A stretch of 64,000 bases of DNA, from NCBI RefSeq assembly GCF_006345805.1, contig NC_043005.1:54250001-54314000 (forward strand). Direction: 5' to 3'. The stretch is from Octopus sinensis (lineage: Eukaryota). The notes under the pieces were generated by a model. The model was not told the origin of the DNA, did no database searches, and was given only the letters and a program-made list of their open reading frames with translations. Position numbers and translations under genes: made by a program. Shown here in pieces: positions 51,040-63,178 of the stretch. The first letter of the stretch is position 1; every line of letters begins with the position of its first letter.

Positions 51040-52310
51040 GTCTTTGCACAGCTTCTAACGCTGGAGATGTACTACAGTGTCAGCTGTTCGCTACCAGTAA
51101 ACTAAGGTAACACCCCCGGAGTATTCAAGCGGTTCCAAGCAGTGCTGCTTTCTGCAAGTGCCCCACCCTTATTTCAGCCCCCATTTGTTCCACGTACTTT
51201 TCGAGGTTTTTGCTCAATGTCCCCAGAACTCTGACAATTATTGGTACTACTGCTACCTTTTTCATAGACCACAACTGCTTAACTTCCCAAGGTAACCTGT
51301 CGTATCTCTCGACTTTTCTTTCTTCCTTATTGCATACCTTGTTGTCAGCTGGGCATGCTATATCTATGATCCAGCATTTGGTTCCCTACTTTGTTTCCTG
51401 TATCCTTTCTATTCTTCCGGAAGTAGATTGTTACTTTCAAGATGGTTAAAATAACTCTTCTGCCAAGACACCAGTTATAAGCTTCCACATCAGCAGTAAA
51501 CAGATTATAGGTTAAAAATTTCATGCCAGGTTCCCTTTCAAGGGATCCTTGAGGTATAACAGGTTTTGTCCCCTTGTCATCCAGGCAGGAACGTAGCCTT
51601 ACTGCAGACAGTCATCAAGTTGGCCTATGATCCTTTCATGCAACTGGGTAAAGTTCTTCGACCGATAGTCTTGTACTCCATCTGGGCCTGGTCCTTTCCA
51701 ATTTGCTATTTTTTAAACTTCTGTTTCACAGTATATAGATTAATTCTGACATCTTATGTCTTGGTACAGTTTCAAGTTGTCTTTCCACCTTTGTTAGCCA
51801 CTTTATGTCTTGCTGGTTGTCTTTCTTTATGTCTTGCCAGCCTGTTTCACAGCCTTCCCCAACATTCTTTACTTTCTTCTGCATTTGGAATCAGTTCCTG
51901 GTGTTGGCCTCCCACTATTTCCTCAAATAGATGCCTTCTATTTGATTGGAAACCTTTGCATCTAGCATCATATCTTTTCAATTTTGACTTTAATGGTGTC
52001 ACCATTCATGTCAATTCATGTACTGTTTGTTTTTCCCTTTCTTCTCACCTGTACTGTCCATTTAATTTTCTGATTGCTACCTTATGCTTGAGCTCTCTCC
52101 TCATTATCCCATTCAGTTGCTTTAGTTCCTTTCTTGTCATTTCCAGCTTAATGCATGTTATCTTCCTCCAGTTTGGTTCTTTCTTTACATTTCGTTTTAT
52201 ATCTTCAGTTTTCCACTTGTAGCCTACTATGCTAGCTACAACGTTAGCAGCATCTATGATTAGCTGGTTTGTTTCACAGTTGTTTTCTGTTTTAATCAAG
52301 ATTAAAATGA
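51040..52310 (-). mobile_element. R4/Dong-type LINE with RT core deleted
   Basis: N-terminal ETNQLI.DAANVV..EPNWR..., then YFNHLESNNLLPEE*KGYRKQS fused directly to TKCWIIDIACPADNKV...LQKAALLGTA*ILRG. The 3' end abuts (TAA)n. Confidence 0.82.
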
Positions 52311-52428
52311 AGAACATAGGCTCAAAATGTCGAAGACTTTTTCATTCTTCTTGAGCATTAAACTAATACACCTGCTTGTTGTTCCTTCGCCAGTCTTTGT
52401 CTTTTGTTTTTCTGTAAATTTGAACTAC

Positions 52429-52460
<32 letters not shown>

Positions 52461-52462
<2 letters not shown>

Positions 52463-52574
52463 CGGAATGGTCATATTGCCAGTTTAGCCAATAAAAACAC
52501 ACGCACTATATATTTGGTGTTATTTTGCTTCAGTGATATTTATAAAATCTTGCACAACAAATATTTAAACGTAC

Positions 52575-52613
<39 letters not shown>

Positions 52614-52723
52614 TTCGGAATGGTCATATTGCCAGTTTAGCCAATAAAAACACACGCACTATATATTTGGTGTTATTTTGCTTCAGTGATATTTATAAAA
52701 TCTTGCACAACAAATATTTAAAC

Positions 52724-52727
<4 letters not shown>
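52461..52727. repeat. Identical 114-bp tandem duplication (period 153 bp) separated and flanked by (TA)n
   Basis: 52461-52574 equals 52614-52727. Confidence 0.95.
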
Positions 52728-52758
<31 letters not shown>

Positions 52759-52899
52759 CAAAACGCTCCCCCATCCAATGGACAGTGCTGAGTTGTCAAA
52801 CATTTAAATCAAATTTTATCAAAACAACTTGTCTGCCCATCCCATAGGCCTCCCCTTTGAGAAACACTGATTTAACCTAAATTTGAGACACCAGCAACA

Positions 52900-53120
52900 G
52901 AAGAAATAAAGATAAACTTTTTTTCTATTCCAAGAAAAACGATTTTACAAATGCACGTTCCCACGGCTTTATCGATCCCATTCTCACCTGGAATCTATTT
53001 TGTAATTTTTTCAAGACTTATACATGCCCTGATACCGTCGGTATCTACATATCAAATTTGAGCACAATCGGATGGAGGATGCTCGAGATCCTAGAAGACA
53101 CACACAGACAGACAGACAGA
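52900..53120 (+). mobile_element. Possible non-autonomous Helitron/Helentron-like element end
   Basis: caaatttgagcacaatcggatg, a (CAGA)n run and the end gatttttatataatagat resemble DINE-1/Lep1-type elements. Confidence 0.4.
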
Positions 53121-53879
53121 ACGGATTTTATATAATAGATATACGGGGGTGGTGAAAAAAAAAAGGAAAAAGGGGAGGAGAGGGGTTAAAAAGAAAGTGG
53201 AAAAAAGGGAGGGGAAGAGATGAAAGAGGGGGAAATCCTGGGAGGGAGAGGGAAAAGCCCTGGAAGAGCAAGTCCCCGGAGGGAGGAAGTCCCAGCATGG
53301 GGGCAAATACATGGGGGAAGTCCTGGGAAAGGGGGCAAACATAAAGATGGACAAAATGCCACTACACGTTTTGTTTGGTGAGCTAACGGCTCTGCCCGTT
53401 CATCACCAAATGATGTGCATGTCTGTCTGTAGGTGTATCTGCATGTATATATGCATGTGTGTGCACACATGCATACACATGCATGTTTGGGTGCAGTGTA
53501 TGTGTGTGTGTGTCTGTGTCTGTGTGTTTTAGTGTATAACAAGTGAAATTAAAACGTTAACAGTTATGTAGTCTCCGGTAGAATTCTAAGAAACTTTATA
53601 AACAAAACTTATAGCTGGACATTAAGAAATGCAACAACTACAATAACAATAACATCTACGATAGAAATAATGATGTTATCAATATCACCTGCTGTGACAG
53701 TGTCTGTATAAGTTAGTACTAATAAAATTGTACTGTAGTGCACTGTTGTACTAGTATTATTGATATAACCATGTCTATGTCGGAGAAATATGAAAGAGGT
53801 CTGGAATGGAGCTGAGTGGAGGTTGTCTGTTGTGGAGAGAATGTTGAATATTGAGAAGGAGGAGTAATAATAAGAAGAT

Positions 53880-53893
53880 ATCAGAGTTTAAGG

Positions 53894-53932
<39 letters not shown>

Positions 53933-55845
53933 TAAAAAATAGGAAGAAAAAGATGGATGGTGTGAAAGAGAAGGGTGAAGGAGAAAAGGTTGGTGGTATA
54001 TAGTAATGGTAGTGAGGAGGAGTAGGAGATTAAATAAAAAGGGGAGAAGGAGGAGAAAGAAGAGGAGGTGAAATATGAGAAGGAAGTGGAAGGGCAAAAA
54101 GAAGATGAAGGAAACGGTGGAAAGTGAAGAAGAAGAAGAAAAATGGGGGTGAGAGGAGGAGGGATATTGAAAGGGTTAAGAAGAAAAGGAGCAGGGTTGA
54201 GAGAGAGGGGACATTAAGGGGATGGAAAGAAGGAGGAGGAGAAAAGGAGGAAAGAGGGGTGATAGAAGAAGGAGGAGGAAGAGGAGAAGGAGGATGAAGG
54301 GTAGGAGAAGAAGAAGAAGGAAAGGCGATGAGAGAAGGAAGTGGAGGAGGAGGAGGAGGAGAAGAAGAAGAAGAAGAAGAAGAAGAAGGAAGAGTAGGAG
54401 GGTATTGAAAGGGATAAGTGGAGGAGGAAAAGGAAAGGAACAGGGGTGAGAGAGGGGATCAGGGAGGACATTGGGGGTGAAAAAGAGGAGGAGGAGAAAA
54501 AGAAGGAAAGAGGGGGAGGAAGAGGAGGAGTGGAAAAGGAGAAGGAGTAAGAGAAAGAAGACGATAAAGAGAAGAAGAAGAAGAAGGAGAAAGAAGAGGA
54601 GAAGAAGAAGAAGAAGAGCCCCAACAAAAAGAAGTCAAAAACAAAAAGGAGAGCAAAAGAAAGAAAGAAAGAACACAAGAAGAATTAGGATAAAGGAAGG
54701 AAAAATGAAGAAACTTTGAAAGATTATAGTAAACCAGCACCATTATAGATTGCTCTTGTGCCAAACAACATTGTACAAGGAAGGTAAGTAGATTGGTAGA
54801 TTCAGCTGTTGGTTAAATATTGCTTCTTTTCAATGGAACAATACTGTCTATTCTTATTCTTTAAATGTTCTTGAACCAGGCAATTGCTTTAAATGGGAAT
54901 CAATTTATTTCTTTTCCTTCTTTTTTTTCCCTTTATTTTTATTTCTCTTTTCTTCTTTTTCTCTTTGCTTTTTAACCTTTAGAATGAGCAAAAATTCCTA
55001 TCAAGATCCTTTACATTTGTCTGTGATTTCTTGGGATAATAACATTCAGTATCTGACTTTTAAATGGACACACCTTATGGTAGACTCTGTTTGAATTGGC
55101 AGTGAACACCGACTAACTGCTGCTGTAATCTCTTCATTATTGTAACTGTCTTTCCTTTTAAAGGACTTGGATGGAGTCTGCTGACATGTTTATTGTGTTT
55201 AATTCAAGTTAATTTTCTTCATTCATCATCACATTGGCTTGAAAAATGCTCTTTTGTTATGCTGCCATTGTCTATTTGGACAACAGAAGGAAATCAAAAA
55301 TGGATGAGAAAGCTTGGATGGATCTTTGTTGCAGCAAAAAGTTTTGTAACTGTTTTGTTTTGTTTTGTTGTTGTTATTTTTTTCATAGTTTGTTTCTGTG
55401 TGTGTGTGTGTGTTTGTTTGTTTTTTTTTTTTGAAATTATATTCTGGCAAAGGTTCCAACTGAACATTATTGACTTGGTAATCGCTCATATTACTAATGT
55501 CTGGTTGTCTTTGAGAGGAAGAATTGGAAGAAGAAGAAGAAGAAGAAGAAGGAGGAGGAGGAGGAAGGGGGAGGAGGAAGAAGTGGGGGGAGGAAGAAGA
55601 AGAAGAAGAGGACGACGACGACGACGAAGAAGAAGAGGAGAAGGAGGGGGCAGAAGTAGAGGAGGAGGAGGAAGAGGAGGAGGAGACAGAAGATGAGGAG
55701 GAAGAGAGGAGGAAGAGGGGGAGGAGGACGACGACGACGACGAAGAAGAAGAAGAGGAGGAGGAGGAGGCAGAAGTAGAGGAGGAAGAAGAAGAAGAAGA
55801 AGAAGAACAACAACAACAACAACAACAATAACAACAACAAACAGC
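53880..55845 (+). repeat. Two long homopurine (GGA/GAA)n low-complexity tracts (53880-54720, 55520-55845)
   Basis: Direct inspection; these tracts are the source of the Arg/Glu/Ser/Phe-rich ORFs. Confidence 0.95.
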
Positions 55846-56129
55846 CTAACTTTTTTTTTAGTTGCTGCTTCAGGAAATAATATTAAAAGTCTTCTGACAC
55901 AGAAGAGTAAGCTGGTGGGATGGAATGATTCAAAATAACTGTAAATCAAAATATGAAATTACTTGTTGCAACTAGAAAAATTACAAAGGAATGTAATTAA
56001 TATACTTTTGTGATGTGTATAACTAACAAAGGAGTTACTTTAATTTTTGTGTAAACTTAAAAGCGGTGAGATGCCAAAATCATAAATTCTTCGGACAAAA
56101 AAGCTTAACAGAATTTTCTCCAGTTATGA

Positions 56130-56360
56130 AGGTGGTGAGCTGGCAGAAATGTTAGCACGCCGGTCAAAATGCTTAGCGGTATTTCATCTGCCACTACGTT
56201 CTGAGTTCAAATTCCACCAAGGTCGACTTTGCCTTTAATCCTTTTGGGGTCGATAAATTAAGTATCAGTTACCCACTGGAGTCAATGTAATCGGCTTAAT
56301 CCCTTTGTCTGTCCTTGTTTGTCCCCTCTATGTTTAGCCCCTTCTGGACAATAAAGAAAT
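56130..56360 (+). mobile_element. Full-length second-family tRNA-derived SINE, followed by decayed tandem copies
   Basis: aaggtggtgagctggcagaaatgttagcacg...gttctgagttcaaattcc...caataaagaaata. Confidence 0.88.
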
Positions 56361-56545
56361 AAGGCTTTCCTCCAGTTCTTTATATTCTGAGTTCTAATCC
56401 TGACAAGGTCAGCATTGCTTTTCATTATTTCAGGCTTAATGAAATAAGTTCCAGTCAAACACTGGGGTCGAAGTAATCGATTTGTCTCCTCACCTAAAAC
56501 TACAGGCCTTGTGCCAAAATTTGAAACAGTATCATGTAAACTTAA

Positions 56546-56763
56546 CTCTTTGGCATTTAAACTGACCACAGCCAATCAAAACAGTCTTCCTGTTTTAAGC
56601 TCAAATGAGCCAGATCAGACTTTTCACATCTATCCTACAATGTCATACTAAAATAAAGAATCACATTACAGAAATCTTGAAGCTGTTGGATAATGCATAA
56701 TTAATTCAAAACAATATGAATAGATAAGCATTACATTCGATAGCATATTTGAATGTTAAAGGG
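56546..56763. mobile_element. piggyBac-type MITE (family B); inverted partial copy at 59707-59895
   Basis: TTAA at 56542-56545 and 56764-56767; ends ctctttggcatt / aatgttaaaggg. Confidence 0.7.
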
Positions 56764-57034
56764 TTAAATGCAGCAAGCTGGCAGAATTGTTGGAGCAACA
56801 GACAAAACACCTGATAGCATTTCTTCAAGTTCTTTATGTTTTGGGTTCAATTCCAGCCAAGCTCAACTTTGGTTTTCATCCTTCTGAGTCAATAAGCTAA
56901 AGTGCTGCGGTTGATGGTGTTCATTATTTCATTTAAGAATTTTAGCTTTGCACTCTTATTTCTTGGGTTCAAATTTCACAGGTAGCAAGATTTATTTTAA
57001 TATTATTTGGCAAGTAAAGTGAGATCACACCCAT

Positions 57035-57590
57035 GGCTGATGCCAGTGTTGCATGACCGGCCCATTTAAAAGTACCCTTGAAGCATTGGGCAATATGATG
57101 TGAGTCAAGTGAAATCGAAATTGTATTCATGGCCAGTGTCGCCTGACTGGCACCTGTACTGGTGGCATGTAATAGGCATCATTCAAGCATGGATCAATGT
57201 TATTGCTGCCTGACTGGTTCCCTGTGCCAGTGACACATAAAAAGCACTGTGTAAACATGATCAATGCCAGTGCCCCCTGACTAGCTCCCATGCTGGTGAC
57301 ACATAAAAAGAACCTACTACACTCTCAGGGTGGTTAGCATTAGGAAGGGCATCCAGCTGTAGAGACCTTGCCAGATTAAGATTGGAGCCTGGTGCAGCCC
57401 ACTGGCTTACCAGACCTCATTCAAGCTGTCCAACCCAAGCCAGCATGGAAAGCGGATATTAAACGATGATGATGATAATGATGATGATGATGGTGATGAT
57501 GATGGTGATGGTGAAGGTGAAGGTGATGGTGGTGGTGGTGGTTGATGGTGATGATGGTGATGATGATAATGATGATGATGATGATGATGA
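57035..57590 (+). mobile_element. RTE-type 3' region with long (GAT)n tail
   Basis: ggtggttagcattaggaagggcatccagctgtagag...gcggatattaaacgatgatg. Confidence 0.8.
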
Positions 57591-58229
57591 AGTAAAACAG
57601 CTAGCTAGCAGAATCATTAACACACCAGGCAAAATGCTTAGTGGCATTTTGTCTGTCTTTTATGTTCTGAGTTCAAATTCTACCGAGGTCAAATTTGCAC
57701 TTCATCATTCTGAGTCAATAAGCTAAAGAACTGAGGTCTATGGTGCTGATTATTCCCCTTGCCTCAAAATTACTGGTCTTGTGTCTAAACTAAGAGCAAA
57801 AACACTTTGTAAATTTCGGGTATCTTGCACTATATGTTCTAGATCTGTGCTTTGAGTTCAAATCCCATTGCAGTCAACTTATATACATGTACACATACAT
57901 ATATACATAGATATATAGATATAGATATGTAAAGGAATAGAGAAAATATAACTGGTATTTTATGCATTATGTAATGTACATGCATTTCAGTTGGCCAACT
58001 GCCTTTATTACGTAAGCCAGTGAGCTCTATTACATAACACATTTAACTCGCTTCATCAGTGTTTTTACCAAAAATGTAGTAAACATATATATACATATAT
58101 ATATAAATAAAATATATATAATATATATGTGTGTGCGTATGTATGTATACATCTATGTGTGAGTGTGTGTATGAATGTGTGTGAGTATCAATATGTATGA
58201 ATGCCTGTGTCTGTGTATATATATATATA

Positions 58230-58266
<37 letters not shown>

Positions 58267-58635
58267 AGATTGTGTATGTGAATGTTTATATTCTATGCTT
58301 TGCATGAGCCCTGAGCTACTAAGGCTCGAAATTTATTGACATTTCCTGTCAATAAATTATCTTGTAGCACTTTGCTTTTGAAGATGTGTGAAATAAAAAA
58401 AAATTCTTTACATACAAAATAGATAAGGGTTAACTCCAACAGGAAGAGCATCCAGTTGTAAAACAATGCCTCAGTAATTTGCTTGTGTAAAGAAGCAGAT
58501 GCGAAATGATGACACAAACAAAAGATAATTCCTATAGTGCTTACACATACATACATGCATAAATGCATATGTATGAACATGTGTATGCACATGCACATAC
58601 ACACACACACACATATATATATATACAATATATAT

Positions 58636-58710
<75 letters not shown>

Positions 58711-59360
58711 ATATACATATATATGTATGTATATATATATACATATATATGTATGTATATATATACATATATATATACATAATATATACAATATATATAT
58801 ATATGAGAAATTGATTTGGAAAGGTTTATATTTTTTGTTTGGAAATGATTTGTGAAATTCCTTCAACTACATTTCTTAAAAGATAAAAACATAATATGCT
58901 TAGCAGATAGTCTGAGGATAACAATTCCCATATTTATTTACCAATAAATAAATAAATAGATAGATAAATAAATAAATAACAATATGAATATATAAAAACA
59001 TTTAGCAGACTGCTGCATTAAGAAATCACTGTATATATCAGTGGCTGTTAACAAAATAATACATATTATTTTTGCAAAGAAAAGGAACAATCAATAAAAA
59101 ATATGAAGAAAAAACAAAAATAAAAGCAAAGCAGCTGTTGTGTTTTTTGGAACGTTTATCATTTATCTATGGTGTGAGACAGTTTAGCTGAACATATGTG
59201 GCACAGTGGAGGGAATGTTTGTTAAATCATGATACATAATCAGCAGAATGCTGAAGACAAAAGAAAGCTTGACTTTACAATTAAGAGTTTACAGATTCAT
59301 TCAGCTTTTAAGAATCTACGTCCTAAACGAAAATTGGTCTGACTATGTATGTTGAATGTC

Positions 59361-59660
59361 GAGGCACGTGGCTTTGTGGTTAGGGTGTCAGCATCATGAT
59401 CGTAGGATTGTGGTTTCGATTCCTGGACCGGGCGATGCATTGTGTTCTTCAGCAAAACACTTCATTTCACGTTGCTCCAGTCCACTCAGCTGGCAAAAAT
59501 AAGTAACGCTGTGATGGATTGGCGTCCCGTCCAGCTGTGGAAAACATACGCCACTGAAACCGGAAAACCGGGCCCATGAACCTGGCTAGGCTTTAAAAGG
59601 ACGCATTTATTATTATTATTATCATTATTATTATTATTATTACTATTATTATTATTATAA
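59361..59660 (+). mobile_element. Third tRNA-derived SINE family with (TTA)n tail
   Basis: A-box-like gtggctttgtggtt, B-box-like ggtttcgattcc, central gatggattggcgtcccgtccag block. Confidence 0.8.
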
Positions 59661-60087
59661 ATGTCGAAGGTATTTTTGCTTGTGTGTGTGTGGGTGTTTG
59701 TTTTAACCCCAGATTACTCTGTCAAATGTGACAACGCTTATCTATTCACATCGTTTTTTAATGTATCCTGCATTATCTCTCAGCTTTGATATTTCGATTA
59801 AGTGATTGTATATTTTTAAGGCTAACATTGTAGGGTAGGTGTGTGAGGCAGGACCTGGCCAGTTTGAACATAAAACAAAAAGAATATTTTGGCCAGAAAT
59901 TTCCTAAAAGAAATTTGCTATATTCAATATCTTATCCACTTTTTTTTTTTTACTATATTCAGATATTGCTGATAATTTCAAACTAATAAATTATTTCCCC
60001 CAGCATTTTTGCACCAGTCATTGCAATTGCACCTGCAGGAATTTTGATTTGTGTACTGTGGTGAAAATCTTCTTCATTGTAATTAAA

Positions 60088-61085
60088 ATGGCACCAAAGC
60101 GAAAAGAATTGTCTGAAGATTTGAAAACAATTATTTTTAATTTGCACGAGAGTGGTTTAGGATACAAGTTAATTAGTAAACGAATACATACTAGCGTAAA
60201 CACAGTTACCGAAGTAATATAGAAGTACAAAGCTACTGGATGGATAAGCAATAAATATCTTTCAGGTTGTCCTATTTTAACTGTACATGATATTTACAAC
60301 ATCCATGTTACGTGATGGATGACAGGCATCGTACCGGTTCGTCTTTGGCACAAGAAGGTTCCTCTGTTAGTGGAAAGATTATATCCACCCAAAGAGTACG
60401 TTGAAGTTTGAACCAGTGTGGTCTCCATGGACACATTCCTCGTAGGAAACGTCTCTTCACTACCAGGCATAAATCAAGTCGTCTTTCTTTTGCCGAAACC
60501 TATGTGAGTAAGAGGAAGAAGTTTTGGAATAAAATTCTTTTTTCTGACGAGACTAAAATCAACTTGTTTCGGTCAGATAGTTATTAAACGAGTATGGTGA
60601 CGACCAGGTGAAGATAATAGCAACCAATGCACTGTGCATACCATGAAACACGGTGGTGGAAGTGTTATGCTTTGAGGATGCATGAGTGTGGGTGGTGAGG
60701 GAGGACTCATATTTATTGAGAGAACAATGGATTCAAGGCTTTATTGTGACATATTGAAAAGCATCAAGGAACTGGGAAGATATTCCTTGTTCCAAGATGG
60801 TTATGACCATAAACTCACTTCAAAGATGACGACTGAGATTTTATCAGATAAAAAGGTAAAGGTATTGCCTTGGCCTACCATGTCACCTGATTTAAACCCA
60901 ATAGAACATATGTGGGGTGTTTTGAAATGGAAAGTTGAGGAGAAAAACCCGGCAATGTAACACAGTTAAAAGACATCATTCATGGAGGTCGATTTCATCG
61001 GGTTATATGTGGAAATTTAGATGACTCCATGCCTAGAAGACTTAATGTAGTCATTGAAAGCAAAGATGGTCACACTAACTATTGA
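60088..61085 (+). mobile_element. Tc1 (DD34E) transposase pseudogene; right-hand TIR-like sequence extends to ~61310
   Basis: MAPKRKELSEDL; FWNKILFSDETKINLF; KHGGGSVM; WPTMSPDLNPIEHMW; GHTNY*. There are 34 residues between the (mutated) second D position and E. Stops and frameshifts are present. Confidence 0.92.
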
Positions 61086-61319
61086 ATATAGCAAATTTTC
61101 TTTAGGGTGTACATATTTTTGTATCATTTGAAAATTAATATTTCGTTCATATCTGTGAAAACGTTTGTTGCATTGTGTTCCAAATTTGTATAATGTTTGC
61201 ATGTATAATATATTTTATTCAGTGTAAATTTCATTTGATTCCCTTCAATATTATCAGAGTAAAAGCAACGTTACTGAAATTGTTTAGGGGTGTACATACT
61301 TCTGTGAGATACTCTATAA

Positions 61320-61350
<31 letters not shown>

Positions 61351-61354
<4 letters not shown>

Positions 61355-61394
61355 TATGTGATATGTGATAACTGTAAACCTATTTTGGGCCATC

Positions 61395-61444
<50 letters not shown>

Positions 61445-61497
61445 CACACACAGGATGGCCCAAAATAGTTTTACAGTTATCACATATCACATAGGCA
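61351..61497. repeat. 50-bp inverted repeat (1 mismatch) around a (TA)n spacer
   Basis: 61351-61400 is the reverse complement of 61448-61497. Confidence 0.95.
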
Positions 61498-61829
61498 TTT
61501 TTGTTTTTGTCACACCTGACAGATTGGTAGGAACAGAAATGCACCAAGGACTCCTTATCTGTAGAACTGATAGTCCTTGCTCTCTCATCAGTTTCCCAAA
61601 TACCCATGTCTTTATGAACTGGCAAATCCCAGAGTACTGCCATATTTTCATCCTCTAACAATTTTTCTAGAATATCTTCATGCCATTTCCATTTTGTCAG
61701 TATTTTAAAATTTTGAGCTGGTGTTTCTATATCATCGTCATCGTCATCACCAGCAGCAGCGGTAGCAACAGCAGAAGTAGCACCATCATCATCACCATTG
61801 TCATCATCATCACCATTGTCAACATCACT

Positions 61830-61864
<35 letters not shown>

Positions 61865-62165
61865 ATCATCACCATCGTCATCATTATCATCATACAGTGC
61901 CTGTTCATCACATCATGTCTGTATTATGAAATTTGCAAGTTCACAGAGATACATAAAGATGTATATACATGTGGTTGAATGTACACCAGAGGCATAGACT
62001 CATATACACACCCAGACAGTGATTAAAAGATTAAGCTTGTTATGAATTCATTTTCCCATCAAGATATCTCAAATTAGTAAGTTCTTGACAATTCTAGACA
62101 ATAACGATGCTTTCCACTGTGCTTTTAATGAACGCAACATAACATTACTGATACAGATAATAATA

Positions 62166-62224
<59 letters not shown>

Positions 62225-62322
62225 GGTGGTGGTGGCGGCGGCGGCGACGACGGCGACGACGATAGTAGTAGTAGTAATAATAATGAGGATGATGACGACG
62301 ACGATGATGATGATGATTATAA

Positions 62323-62365
<43 letters not shown>

Positions 62366-62377
<12 letters not shown>

Positions 62378-62470
62378 TCAGTTGTCTCATTTTTATCATG
62401 TGCTTTCATGGCACTACCGAGCACAGCTCTGTGCACATTAGTTATGTGCTGTGGTTTGTTGTGATGCTCT
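62366..62470 (-). mobile_element. R4/Dong-type 3' UTR stub
   Basis: ctaccgagcacagctctgtgc...tttgttgtgatgctct matches 44851-44945 and abuts (TTA)n. Confidence 0.75.
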
Positions 62471-62900
62471 TATCACCTCTGCCTTCGCTAACGCAGAGGT
62501 ATTGTTTTCAGTTGTGTTTGTTTGTTTGTCCGTGAACAGGATATCTCATGAACTGCTGGATGGATTCGGATGAAACTTTCAGGGGTGTTTGGCCTCGTGA
62601 CTGGCACGAACTGATTAGATTTTGGGATCAGTCTGGTACCGCACAAGGATTCTGGATTATTTGTTATATTTACTTTGTTTTACATGATTATGATCTTATG
62701 TTAACTTTCAAGTCTTTCTTTATTATTTCCCTTTAGGTTGTATCTATTTTGAATGGTGAATTTAACTTTGACTTGATTTAGATAAGAATAAACTATATAT
62801 TACTGTTGCTAAATTTTCTCTGGCCACCTTCACATTCCATGACTACCATTGGGATCAATCAGGTACTGGACAAGGATTCTGATTAATTTTCTGGTTTTAC
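62471..62900 (+). mobile_element. Non-autonomous Helentron-like (DINE-1/HINE-type) element
   Basis: 5' stem-loop acctctgc...gcagaggt (62475-62500), a (GTTT)n run, and ggatggattcggatgaaactt. Confidence 0.6.
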
Positions 62901-62940
62901 TTAATTTTTGAGAGCGATTCTATTGCAGTCTTTTGTTGAG

Positions 62941-63178
62941 TCACTTAGTTACAGAAATGTAAACAACAAACTATGGTTGTCAAGCAGTGGTGAAGGGACA
63001 AACACAGTTATAGACATGCACAAACAAATATATCTACATATATATTTATATATGACAGGCTTCTCTCTGTTTCCTTCTACCAAATCCACCCGCAAGGCTT
63101 TGGTCAGCTCAAGGCTATAGTAGAAGACCCTTGCCCAAGGTGCCACACAGTGGGACTGAACCTGGAACCATGTGGTTC
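62941..63178 (-). mobile_element. Composite tRNA-derived SINE (partial)
   Basis: agaagacccttgcccaaggtgccacacagtgggactgaacctggaacc. Confidence 0.8.

Noticed and set aside
51566-52222. 218-aa plus-strand hydrophobic ORF
   Set aside because: It is the antisense shadow of the minus-strand R4/Dong ORF.
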